A stretch of 64,000 bases of DNA from positions 1,488,001 through 1,552,000 of the forward strand of contig NC_086101.1 of assembly GCF_963921235.1 (NCBI RefSeq). The letters run 5' to 3'. This document shows, piece by piece, positions 20,912 through 32,879 of the stretch. The stretch comes from Mobula hypostoma (taxonomy: Eukaryota). The notes under the pieces are model-generated. The model had not been told where the DNA came from, searched no databases, and saw only the letters and a list, made by a program, of their open reading frames with translations. Both the position numbers and the translations under genes were made by a program. How positions within the stretch are numbered: the stretch's first letter is position 1; the number at the start of each line of letters is the position of its first letter.

Positions 20912-23900
20912 GTGAATTAGGTAAAGAACAATGTGGTTTTGTGAGAGACAAAGGTACAAGAAACGCAATATTGATGTTAAGGATACTATCAGAACGAGCT
21001 ATTCAAGTGCAAAAAGGTTTGTTTGTTTGTTTTATCGACTACACAAAAGCTTTTGATAAAGTGAAGCACAATAAGTTATTTGAAATATTACAGGAGACTC
21101 TAGATTTAGATTCGAAAGACCTCCGCCTAAGGTGGGAACAAACTGCTGCTGTAAGAATAGATGGAGAAGTGAGTCAGTTTACGAAAATCAAGAGAGGAGT
21201 TAGACAAGGGTGTGTTTTCTCCCTGATTTGTTTAATGTGTACAGTGAAACAATATTACAAAAAATAAGAAACATCTTGGGAATCAAAGTTGGCGGTGAAA
21301 ACATCAATATTTTCAGATATGCAGATGACCCTGTGTTAATTGCAAGTACGGAGGAAGAACTACAAAACTTAATTGATATAGTTCTTGAAGAAAGTGCAAA
21401 AATGGGTCTATCTATCAATTACAAAAAGGCAGAATGTATGGTGATATCCAAAAAGAAGGAGAATCCTATCTGCAGGCTGAAAATAAACAGGGAAGACATA
21501 AAACAAGTACAGAACCTTTGCAACTTAGGAAGCTGGGTGACATCAGATGGCAGGTGCAACATGGACATCAAAAGAAGAATAGGGATGGCAAAAGACACCT
21601 TTACGAGAATGAAGAGTATACTGACCAATACTAAACTAGGCATTACAATCTGCCTCAGAGTACTGAAATGTTACATTTATCTGGTTATGATATATGGCTC
21701 AGAATGTTGGACAATATCTAGTAACATGAGGAAATGAATTGAAGGAGCAGAGATGTGGTTTTTGAGGAGGATGCAAAGAATATCATGGATGAAACAAATA
21801 TCTAACGAGGATGTCATGAACAAAGCAAACCCAAAAAGAGAAATTATGTATGAGATCATGAAAAGGCAACGTAACTTCATTGGACATGTGATTAGGAAAG
21901 AGGAGTTAGAATCCACGGTAATTATGGGAAAGATTGAAGGGAAGAAGGCAAAGACAAATGATGATGGAGACAGCAGACAGAGAACTGGAAATGAATACCA
22001 ATGAATTGATCCACTTGACCTGAAACAGGAGTGTGTGGGCCATGGCAGTCAAAGCTCAAACTGGGCATGGCACCTGATGATGATGATGAAATTAGCTGAC
22101 GATACAACTATTGTTGGTAGAATCTCAGATGGTGACGAGAGGGTGTACAGGAGTGAGATATGCCAACTAGTGGAGTGTTGCCGCAGCAACAACCTGGTAC
22201 TCAACGTCAGTAAGATGAAAGAGCTGATTGTGGACTTCAGGAAGGGTAAGACGAAGAAATACATACCAATCCTCAGAGGGATCAGAAGTGGAGAGAGTGA
22301 GCAGTTTCAAGTTCCTGGGTATCAAGATCTCTGAGGATCTAACCTGGTCCCAACACACTGAAGTAGTCATAAAGAAGGCAAGACAGCGGCTATACTTTAT
22401 TAGGAGTTCGAAGCGATTTGGCATGTCAACAAATACTCTCAAAAACTTCTACAGTTGTACCGTGGAGAGCATTCTGACAGGCTGCATCACTGTCTGGTAT
22501 GGAGGGGCTACTGCACAGGACCGAAAAAAGCTGCAGAAGGATGTAAATCTAGTCAGCTCCATCTTGGGCACTAGCCTACAAAGTACCAGAACATCTTTAG
22601 GGAGCGGTGTCTCAGAAAGGCAACATCCATTATTAAAGACCTCCAGCACCCAGGGCATGCCCTTTTCTCACTGTTACAGCAGGTAGGAACTACAGAGGCC
22701 TGAAGGCACACACTCAGCGATTCAGGAACAGCTTCTTCCCCTCTGCCATTCAATTCCTAAATGGACATTGAATTTTTGGACACACCTTCACTTTTTTAAA
22801 AAGATATACAGTATTTTTGTTTTTGTACGTTTTTTGAATCTATTCAATATACATGATTGATTTACTTGTTTATTTATTATTATTTTTTATTTTATTATTT
22901 TTCCTCTCTCTGCTAGATTATGTATTGCATTGAACTGCTGCTGCTAAGTTAGCAAATTTCGCGTCACATGTTGGTGATAATAAACCTGATTCTGATTCTC
23001 TTTCCTCACACTCTTCAACACCTGGCATACTGCTAGTGTCTTTCACAGTGAAGAGTTATGCGAAATACTCATTTAGTTCAGCAGCCATCTCCCTGGCCCC
23101 TGTTGTTTCACCAGCCTCATTTTCTAGTGGTCCTATATCCAGTGTCATTTCTCCTTTTTTTTATACATTTGTAAAAGCTTTTACTATCCTCTTTGATATT
23201 GTTTGTTAGCTTACTTTCATATTTCATCTTTTCCCTCCTAATGATTCTTGTAGTTGCTCTTGCAGGGTTTTAAAAGCCTTCCAATCCCCTTTCTTTCCAC
23301 AAATTTTTGCTTTGTTGTATGCCCTCTTTTGCTTTTACAATAGCTTTGACTTCCCTTGTCAGCCACGGTTGTAGTATTTTGCCATTTGAATATTTCTTAG
23401 TTTTTGGAGTACAGCTATCCTGCTCCTTCCTCATTTTTCCTAGAAACTCATGCCATTGCTGCTCTGTTGTCATCCCCACCAGCATCTCCTTCCAATTTAC
23501 TTTGGCCAGTTCCGCTCTCATACCACTCCTTTCCTCCACTGAAACACTACTATGTCAAACTTTACTTTCTCCCTATCAAATTTCAAGTCGAACTCAATCA
23601 CATTGTGATCACTTCTCCTAAGGGTTCTTTTACCTAAAGCCCCCTAATCACCTCCGGTTCATTACATAACACCCAATCCAGTATAGTTGATTCCCCAGTC
23701 GGCTCAATGATACTCTGCTCTAAAATGCCGTATTAGGCATTCATTACCAACCTGAGTTTCCCAATCAACATGCATTTTGAAATCTCCCATTCCTCTCATA
23801 TCATTCCCCTTTTGTCTCACCTTTTCTATTTCCTGTTGTAACCTGTGGTCCACATCACAGCTACTGTTGGGAGGCCTGTATATAACTGCCATCAGGGTCC

Positions 23901-24961
23901 TTTTACCCTTGCAGTTTCCTAACTCAACCCACAAGGATTCAACTTCTTCTGATCTTATGTCACATCTTTATACTGATTTGATGCCATTCTTTACCGGCAG
24001 GGCCAAACCACCCCCTCTGTCTACCTTCCTATCACTCTGATACAACCTGTAACCTTGGACATTCAGCTCCCAACTACAACCATCCTTCAGCCATGATTCA
24101 GTGATGGCCACAACATCATACCCAACAACCTGTAAAAGTGCAACATCATCATCCACCTTATTTCTTATACTCCACGCATTGAGATATAACACTTTGTGGG
24201 CTACTTTTGCTACCCTTTTTAATTCTGCATCCCTCATGCACTGATACCCTGCTGGCTGCAATTATGTTCTGTCATCTGCCTGCTCTACCTGACAGTCTGA
24301 CTGTTTCCTACCTTTGCTTTTTTACAATCCATCCTATCCTGAATCCTTTCACTCTGGTTCCCCTCGGGTTCAGGTGCAACCTGTCACTTCTGAACGGGTC
24401 AGGTCTCCCCCAGAAGAGATCCCAATGATACAAGAACCTGAAGCCCTGCCTGCTGCACCAGCTTCTCGTCTACACATTAATCTGCCAAATGGTCCTGTTT
24501 CTATCCTCACTGCTGCGTGGCACAGGCAGCAATCCAGAAATTACTACCCGGGAGGTTCTGCTTCTCAACTTTCTACGTTGCTCTCTAAATTCTCTTTTCA
24601 GGACCTCTTTGCTTTTCCTTCCTATGTCATTGGTACCAATATGTACCAAGACATCTGCCTGCTTTCCCTCACTCTCCAAAATGTTGTGGATGCAATCCGA
24701 GGTGACCCTAATGCTGGCACCTGGGAGGAAAGCTATCATCCCGTGTCCCGTTCAAGTCCACAGAATGTCCTGTCTGTTCCTCTGACTATTGAGTCCCCGA
24801 TTCATGAGCATATGACTGACTAAAAGATGTAAATCAGTCAGAATATTATAGTAAATGAAAACTTTAAAAATAGCTACTGGAATTGGGAACATGGAATGTC
24901 AAGGCATTGAGTTCAAAACTCTGGAGTTGTGATGCCCTCTGATTCAGCCGCATCTGGAGTA

Positions 24962-25552
24962 GGTTGTAGGTAGTAGGTAGGTAGGCAGCTGTCGATCCCA
25001 GGGGATTACGGGTTTGTGGCTCTGGTGGATTGTGTCCTCTCCAGGGCGCAAGCCTGGGTGGGAAGATCTGAAGAACCGGCTGTTGCCCATGCAGCGGGTT
25101 CCCCCTCTCCACGTCACTGATGTAGTCCAAGGGAAGGGCAAGCGCCGATACAGATTGGTACCAGTGTCGTCACAGAGGATGCCAGAGTGAAGTTGTAAAC
25201 AACATCAAACTGCCTTAGAGACCCCAGCTCCAGATTTCTTCCTCAGGGTTTACTCCCGAAGCCTTTCCCATTGGTGGGTATGGCTGCAAGGCAGCAGAGT
25301 TTAAAATTTGAGTTTTCCTTTTCCTAGGCAGGCTGCCAACAAGGCTGAAAACCCCTGAAGCAACTGGTTTTGAGGCCCGCCTTTGACCCTTCTGTCAGTA
25401 AAAACAGTTCTACGGGGCCTAGTGGCTATGCCACATGTGAAGCCAAGAGTTGGACTTGGTTGTCAGAGGCTGTTAGAGTCACACACCATTTAGAGCACTT
25501 TATAGTTAGTGGGAGCTTATCCCCACAACCACCCCAGCTATGACAACCTTAG
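24962..25552 (-). mobile_element. Non-coding, probably RTE-UTR-derived non-autonomous retroelement
   Basis: 15-bp TSD with 2 mismatches (24947-24961, 25553-25567) and a (CCTA)n-like tail. Shares about 130 bp with the tRNA-SINE body. Confidence 0.6.
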
Positions 25553-25574
25553 GCTGCATCTAGAGTATAGCTTT

Positions 25575-25902
25575 ATGATGTGGACATGTGGCCAAGTGGT
25601 TAAGGCATTGGACTCGCGACCTGAAGGTCGTGAGTTCGAGCCCCAGCCAAGGCAACATGTGTTCTGTCCTTGAGCAAGGCACTTAATCACACACTGCTCT
25701 GCGACGACACTGGTGCCAAGCTATATGGGTCCTAATGCCCTTCCCTTGGACAACATCGGTGGTGTGGAGAGGGGAGACTTGCAGCATGGGCAACTGCTGG
25801 TCTTCCATACAACCTTGCCCAGGCCTGCGCCCTGGAGAATGAAGACTTTCCAGGTGCAGATCCATGGTCTCACAAGACTGACGGATGCCTTTAATTTAAT
25901 TA
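25575..25902 (+). mobile_element. tRNA-derived SINE
   Basis: GTGGCCAAGTGGTTAAGGC (box A) and GAGTTCGAGCCC (box B). TSD ATAGCTTT at 25567-25574 and 25903-25910. Confidence 0.9.
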
Positions 25903-26238
25903 ATAGCTTTCAGTTCTGGCTGCCCCCTTATAGGTGAGATCTTGAGGCTGTAGAGGAGATTTACCTAGAGGGCGTGTGCTATGAGGAAAGATTTGAAAAC
26001 TAGGTTGTTTTCTCTAGAGCAGGGACGACTGTGGGGAGATCTGGCAGAATTTTTTCTGATATTATGGGAGGCATAGATAAAGTAGACAGCTAATTTCTTT
26101 ATCCTAGGGTTCAAAGTCTAACGCTAAAGGTGACTGATACATAGTCTGTTCCTCCTGCACGAGCGGGTACAGTTTTAAACTGGAGCAATGTTATAATTCC
26201 ATTATTTTAATCAGTGCCTGCTACTGTGATATTTGCAG

Positions 26239-26376
26239 ACAAACACTTGCATCCAGTTCACAGAGGAAGAAAATGCTGAGCGTGTTGAAATGGGAGAGCG
26301 AGAGATGGTGGTGGCAACAACAGCAGTTAATGCTGCAGGATCTCTGTCAACTTCAGCTTTGGAAGTGAAGAAGTAA
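26239..26376 (+). CDS. Candidate terminal coding exon of an unidentified + strand gene
   Basis: tttgcAG acceptor (alternative AG at 26214), then TNTCIQFTEEENAERVEMGEREMVVATTAVNAAGSLSTSALEVKK*, an AT-rich UTR and AATAAA at 26491-26496. Reading frame uncertain. Confidence 0.35.
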   Translation, partial: TNTCIQFTEEENAERVEMGEREMVVATTAVNAAGSLSTSALEVKK

Positions 26377-27117
26377 AGACTGTAATTGGATTCCATGCAC
26401 TGTCATGCAATCTTTCTCAATGTTGATTCTAGTTTAACTAAGTAAGATTTTTCTCAATTAGATTAAAGATTAAAGTTATTGTCTTTAAAAAATAAAAGTA
26501 CACTAGACAGGAACTGATAAGGAAAACAAAACACTGAATGTTAGAGACAGTGTTTGCATTTTATAAATATAATATTGTTTGATTTTTAGTGAATTGTTAA
26601 ATAAATATTAACTGTTGCAGATTATATAGATTTCCAAAGAAGTTGTTTTGTGTCACACCTAATCAACATAAGAACATATATCAGACCAGTCAAGCATTCC
26701 ACAAGAAGTTGAACTATCTGATCATGCCATCAGCTATGCTTTGCTGTCTCACCCCAAAGACTGATGCAGAGTTTCTACCTAAAATGTCAACTATTGCTTT
26801 CCGTTATTTTTACAGATACTGCTCGACACCCTGAGTTCCACCACCAAATTGTTTGTTCATCCTGCTATCTTTGACTTCTCCACAGCCCAAAATTCCTCCC
26901 ACTAATTTTGAATTTATTCAATGACTGTCTTGGGTGGAGAATTTCAAAGATTCATTACTCTGTGGTGGAAGAAATTCATTTTATCACGTCCTTTTATCAC
27001 AGTGGGGGCACTGGTAGCATACCCAAATGCAAGACACAAAAACACTGTGAGGTAAACTAAATTGAGTTTGTTGCCCGTTGCAAGGAGAGCAAAGCAGAAG
27101 CGGGAAATAGCGTAATG

Positions 27118-28293
27118 CAGCGGTCCCCAACCTCCGGGCCGCGAGGAAACGATATGATTTGGCGATATGAGTCAGCTGCACCTTTCCTCATTCCCTGTCA
27201 CGCGCACTGTTGAGTTTGAACTCACGCGAGGTCATTACCCGCGCGGGAAGGAGATCAACTCCTCGAGCTTGCAAATGACGGCGGGCTGTTTGACATAACA
27301 TCTCTGCCGGCATTCCGGATCAAAGTCAAGGCTCAATATCCTGAGATAGCCACGAAAGCACTGAAAACGTTGCTTCCATTTCCAACATTTTGCTGCGAAG
27401 CAGAGTTTTCTGCAATGACTGCAGCGAAAACTACATTGCGGAATAGACTGGACACAAGGAACCTCCTTCGAGTATCACTGTCTCCCATCACCCCTCGATA
27501 GGACCGTCTTGTTGCAGGGAAACAAGCCCAGGGCTCCCACTGATTCAGCGATATTGGTGTGTTGCAATGATTTTATATGTTCATACGGGGAAAATATGTG
27601 CTGTGTGTTTAATATCCAAACGTTACTTAAAATGTTATGATGCTATTGACTTACTTATATAACCATATAACAACTACAGCAGGGAAACGGGCCATCTCGG
27701 CCCTTCTAGTCCGTGCTGAACGCTACTCTCACCTAGTCCCACCGACCTGCACTCAGCCCATAACCCTCCATTCCTTTCCTGTCCATATACCTATCCAGTT
27801 TTTCTTTAAATGATAGTATCGAACCTGCCTCAGCCACTTCTACTGGAAATTCGTTCAACACTTAACTTCAAGCTCCCCTGTCCTCCCCTGATAATTGATT
27901 TATCACTATATTCATGCGAGGAAAATATGCACTGTGTTAAATATTAAATTCGTTGGAAAAACCCTTTTAGAAAGGACATTGATTGTATTAGACACTTATC
28001 ACCTATATTCCATTCGTGATGAATAGCACCCCCCCCCGAACAGAATCGCCAAAAACGATTTTTAGGAAAAAGGGGTGAGGCACACGCATGCGCACACAGG
28101 TGCCCGCGCAAGGCCTCATGGTCATTGTAGTCTTTCTCGGTAAACACAACGTATTTGACGACTTCTTTTGTCCGTTGGCAACCCTACCACCCCCGCCCCC
28201 TCCCTCCCCCCCCCCCCCGCCGGGTCGGCCGGTCCGCAAGAATATTGTCAGTATTAAACCGGTCCGCAGTGCAAAAAAGGTTGGGGACCCCTG
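27118..28293 (+). mobile_element. Non-autonomous hAT (Charlie/Buster-type) DNA transposon
   Basis: TIRs CAGCGGTCCCCAACCT and AGGTTGGGGACCCCTG. C-terminal dimerization remnant YPEIATKALKTLLPFPT..CEAEFS...KQAQGSH* at about 27250-27543. Embedded CR1 tail at about 27660-27860. Confidence 0.88.
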
Positions 28294-29212
28294 ATATATA
28301 GGCCTCCAAATAGTAGCAGATGTGGGTTGAGATAGTAAAGGGAGCTGGAAAAGGCATGTAATAAGTGTAATGACACATTTGTAAAATCAAGGGGATTGGT
28401 AAAATCAGGTTGGTGTCAGATCGCAAGAGAGATAATTTGTTGAATGCCTAAGAGATGGCTTTTTGAAGCAGCTTGTGCTTGAGCTGACTCGGGGAACAGC
28501 TATCTTAGATTGGATGTTGTGTAATAACCCAGATCTTATTAGGGAGCTTAATGTAAAGAAACTCTTAGGAGGCAGTGATCATAATATGATTGAAGTCATA
28601 CTGCAATTTGAGAAGCATAAATTACATGGATTAGTATCGCAATGGAATGAAGGGAATTACAGAGACATGAGAGAGGAGCTTGCCCAGGTGGATTGGAGGA
28701 GCAGACTGGCAGGGATGAAGGAAGAACAGAAACAGCTGAAGTTTCTGGAATAATTCACAAGGCACAGGATAGATATGTCCCACAGAAGTTGTTCTCAAAT
28801 GGCAGGTGTGGGCAACTGTGGCTAACAAAGGAAGTTAGGGACTGCATAAAAGCCAAGGAAAGGGCAGAAAAGGTAGCAAAAGTGAGTGGGAAGTACGATG
28901 ATTGGGATGCTTTTAAATCCAACAAAAGGCAACTAAAAAACTACAAGAAGGTAAAAGATAAAATATGAGGACAGATTACCCAATAATATAAGGCAGGGGT
29001 TTTCAGCCCACATGGTTTCTGTGAAGGGAAATCTTGCCTGACAAACCTGTTAAGAGTTCTTCGAGGAATTTACAAGCAGGGTGGACAAAGGAGAGACAGT
29101 GGATGTCATTTACTTGGATTTTCAGAAGGCATTTCATAAGGTGCCACACATGAGACTGCTTAACAAGATAAAATCAAATGGTGTTAAAGAAAGATACTTG
29201 CATGGATAGTGG

Positions 29213-29290
29213 CACACATAAAAGTTGCTGGTGAACGCAGCAGGCCAGGCAGCATCTCTAGGAAGAGGTGCAGTCGACGTTTCAGGCCGA
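29213..29290 (-). mobile_element. 78-bp Penelope-like pLTR fragment, truncated within the hammerhead
   Basis: 8-bp TSD GATAGTGG at 29205-29212 and 29291-29298. Matches 18620-18698. Confidence 0.8.
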
Positions 29291-29961
29291 GATAGTGGAA
29301 TGGCTGACAGGCAGGAGGCAGTAGTGAATAACAGGGGCCTTTGCTGATTAGCTTCCAGTGACTAGTGGTGTTCCTTAGGGATCAGTACTTTTCATATTGT
29401 TTGTCAGTGATTTAGATAATGGAACTGATAGCTTTGTGACAAAGTTTGCAGATGATATGAAGATAGGTGGAGGGGTAGGTAGTGCTGAGGAAGCGGCACT
29501 TAGACAAATTGGAAGAACGGACAAAGAAAGTGGCAGATGGAATACAGCATTGGGAAAAGTACGATAATGCATTTTGGTAAAAGGAACAATAGTGCAGACT
29601 ATTATCTAAATGAGAAGGGGTTCAAACATCAGAGGTGCAGAGGGACTTGGGAGTTCTCGAACAAGACTCCCATAAGGTTAATTTATGGTTGAGTCTGGTG
29701 GGGAAGGCTATTGCAATGCTGCAATTAATTCATCAGGAGCAGAATATAAAAGCAAGGAGATAATCCTGAACCTTCATATGACACTGGTCAGGCTACACTT
29801 GGAGTATTATCAACAGTTTTGGGCCCCATATCTGAGAAAGAATGTGTTGTCCTTGGAGAGAATCCAGAGTAAGTTCATGAGGATGATTCCGGGAATGAAG
29901 GGGTTAACATGAGGAACATTTGGCAGCTTTGTGCCTGTACTCACTGGAACTTGGAACAATG

Positions 29962-32320
29962 TAGAGAGAACAAAAGGTTCAGAGAGCTAGGTAATTTAGA
30001 GATCTAGAAGATTGTAAGGCTAACAGGAAGGAGTTTAAGAAGGAAATTAGGAGAGCCAGAAGGGGCCATGACAAGGCCTTGGCGGGCAGGATTAAGGAAA
30101 ACCCCAAGGCATTCTACAAGTATGTGAAGAGCAAGAGGATAAGACATGAAAGAATAGGACGTATCAAGTGTGACAGTGGGAAAGTGTGTATGGAACCGGA
30201 GGAAATAGCAGAGGTAGTTAATGAATACCTTACTTCAGTATTCACTATGGAAAAGGATCTTGGTGATTGTAGTGATAACTTGCAGCAGAGTGAAAAGCTT
30301 GAGCATGTAGATATTAAGAAAGAGGATGTGCTGGAGCTTTCGGAAAGCATCAAGTTGGATAAGTCGCTGGGACTGGATGAGATGTACCCCAGGCTACTGT
30401 GGGAGGCGAGGGAGGAGATTGCTGAGCCTCTGGCAATGATCTTTGCATCATCAATGGGGACAGGAGAGGTTCCAGAGGATTGGAGATTGTGGATGTTGTT
30501 CCTTTATTCAAGAAAGGGAGTAGAGATAGCCCAGGAAATTATAGACCAGTGAGTCTTACCTCAGTGGTTGGTAAGCTGGTGTAGAAGATCCTGAGAGGCA
30601 GGATTTATGAACATTTGGAGAGGTATAATCTGATTAGGAATAGTCAGCATGGCTTTGTCAAGGGCAGGTCGTGCCTTACGAACCTGATTGAATTTTTTGA
30701 GGATGTGACTAAACACTTTGATGAAGGAAGAGCAGTGGATGTAGTGTATCTAGATTTCAGCAAGGCATTTGATAAGCTACCCCATTATTGAGAAAGTAAG
30801 GAGGCATAGGATCCAAGGGGACATTGCCTTGTGGATCCAGAACTGGCTTGCCCACAGAAGGCAAAGAGTGGTTGTAGATGGGTCATATTCTGCATGGAGG
30901 TCGGTGACCAGTGGTGTGCCTCAGGGATCTGTTCTGGGACCCTTACTCTTCCTGATTTTTATAAATGACCTGGATGATGAAGTGGAGGGATGGGTTAGAA
31001 AGTTTGCTGATGACACAAAGGTTGGAGGTGTTATGGATAGTGTGGAGGGCTGTCAGAATTTACAGCAGTACATTGATAGGATGCAAAACTGGGCTGAGAA
31101 GTGGCAGATGGAGTTCAACCCAGATAAGTATGAAGTGGTTCATTTTGGTAGGTCAAATATGATGGCAGAATATAGTATTAATGGTAAGACTCTTGGCAGT
31201 GTGGAGGATCAGAAGGATCTTGGGGTCTGAGTCTATAGGACGCTCAAAGCAGCTGCGCAGGTTGACTCTGCGATTAAGAAGGCATATGGTGTATTGGCCT
31301 TCATCAATCGTGGAATTGAACTTAGGAGCTGAGAGGTAATGTTGCAGCTATATAGGACCCTGGTCAGACCACACTTGGAGTACTGTGCTCAGTTCTGGTC
31401 ACCTCACTACAGGAAGGGTGTGAAAACTATAGAAAGGGTGCAGAGGAGATCCACAAGGATGTTGCCTGGATTGGGGAGCATGCCTTATGAGAATAGGTTG
31501 AGTGAACTCGGCCTTTTCTCCTTGGAGCAACGGAGGATGAGAGGTGACCTGATAGAGGTGTACAAGATAATGAGAGGCATTGATCGTGTGGATAGTCAGA
31601 GGCTTTTTCCCCAGGTCTGAAATGGTTGCCACAAGAGGACACAGGTTTAAGGTGCTGGGGAGTAGGTACAGAGGGGATATCAGTGGTAAGTTTTTTACTC
31701 AGAGAGTTGTGAGTGTGTGGAATGGGCTGCCAGCGACGGTGGTGGAGGCGGATACGATAAGGTCTTTTAAGAGACTCCTGGATAGGTACATGGAGCTCAG
31801 ATTAGATTCAACTTTATTGTCATTGTGCCGAGTACAGATACAAAGCCAATGAAATGCAGTTAGCATCTGACCAGAAATGCAAAGAATAGTGTTATTTACA
31901 AAATAACTGCGAATAAAAAGCACACAGCACACAAATATAAAAGTACTGAGACAATACAATATGGGTGCAGTACTGCTTAGTGCTGTGATGTGAGGTTCAG
32001 CAGGGTCACAGCCTCAGGGAAGAAGCTCTTCCTGTGCCTGCTGGTGCGGGAGCGGAGGCTCCTGTAGCGCCTACCGGATGGGAGGAGAGTAAAAAGTCCA
32101 TGGTTAGGGTGAGATGCATCCTTGATAATGCTTTTCACCCTGCCCAGGCAGCGTTTATGGCAGATGTTCTCAATGGTGGGCAATAGGGTGCCAATAATCC
32201 ACTGGGCAGTTTTCACACCACAAAAATCGAGGGCTATAGATAAGCCTAGTAATTTCTAAGGTAGGGACATGTTCAGCACAACTGTGTGGGCCCAGGGGTC
32301 TGTATTGTGCTGTAGGTTTT
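29962..32320 (+). mobile_element. CR1 LINE ORF2, 5'-truncated and frameshifted
   Basis: ORFs 30079-30552, 30769-31230 (KFADDTK) and 31339-31620. Tail at 32222-32320. Confidence 0.92.
31801..32221 (-). mobile_element. Rex1-type LINE 3' fragment inserted in a CR1
   Basis: ORF 31977-32216 has IIKDASHPNHGLFTLLPSGRRYRS...SFFPEAV. Tail AATAAAGTTGAATCTAATCT. Confidence 0.85.
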
Positions 32321-32879
32321 CACTATATCACTGAAACCTGATGAATGTTGAAAGGACTAGATAGGGTGGATTTTTCGAGAATATTTCCTGTGGTGGGGGT
32401 ATCCAGAACTAGAGAGCACGGCCTCAAAATTGAGGAGGGGCCTTTCAGAACAGAGGTAAGGAAAATTTTTTTTTTTAGCCAGAGAGTAGTGAATCTGAGG
32501 TATTCTCTGTCACAGACTGCAGTGGAGGCCAAGTGCATGGGTATATTTAAGGCAGAAGTTGATCGTTTCCTGATCGGTCAGGGCATCAAAGTATGTGGTG
32601 AGAAGGCAGGTGTATGGGGTTGAGTGGGATCCGGTATCAGCATGATGGGATGGCAGGACATACTCACTTGTCGCATGGCCTAATTCTGCTCCTATCTCTT
32701 ATGGTATATTCAAAGGAAAGTTTTGACAGATCCCTGATTGGCCAGGGCATCAAAGTATATGACGAGAAGGCAGGTGTTTGGTGTTGAATGGAATCATGGC
32801 TCAGCCATTATGAATTGGCAGAACAGCCTTGATGGGCTGAATGGCCTAATTCTGCTCCTCTGTCTTACGGCCCTATACC

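Larger units (their letters stand above)
17967..22088 (+). mobile_element. RTE-clade LINE, near full length, decayed
   Basis: IATWNVRT, IIQVYAPT, MGDLNAKVG, SDHNPV, KGKAAGPD, FIDYTKAFDKV, GVRQGC, RYADD and EMWFLRRM motifs. (TGA)n tail. TSD AAATT(T/A)GCTG. Confidence 0.92.
17822..22999 (+). mobile_element. Rex1/Babar-type LINE 3' portion, split by an RTE
   Basis: TGVPQECVLSPLLYS before the RTE, ADDTTIVGRISDGDE...NNLVLNVSK and KKARQRLYFIR after it. Tail AATAAACCT(GATTCT)n. Confidence 0.85.
15835..24800 (-). mobile_element. Long CR1 LINE (ORF1 esterase to 3' tail) interrupted by Penelope, Rex1 and RTE insertions
   Basis: ORF1 VLVHIGTNDIG (24470-24739), endonuclease (23704-24261), RT (16814-17871), C-terminus and tail (15835-16540). 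CR1 sequence stops at about 17821 and resumes at about 23000. Confidence 0.8.
28300..32705 (+). mobile_element. Older CR1, degraded, hosting Penelope, CR1 and Rex1 insertions
   Basis: Endonuclease end LGGSDHNMI (28463-28753) and RT remnants to about 29960, resuming at about 32325 (MLKGLDRVD...FFSQRVVNL). Confidence 0.75.

Noticed and set aside
25588..25655. tRNA gene
   Set aside because: It is the head of a SINE with a body, tail and TSD. The same applies at 15620-15687 and 34745-34803.
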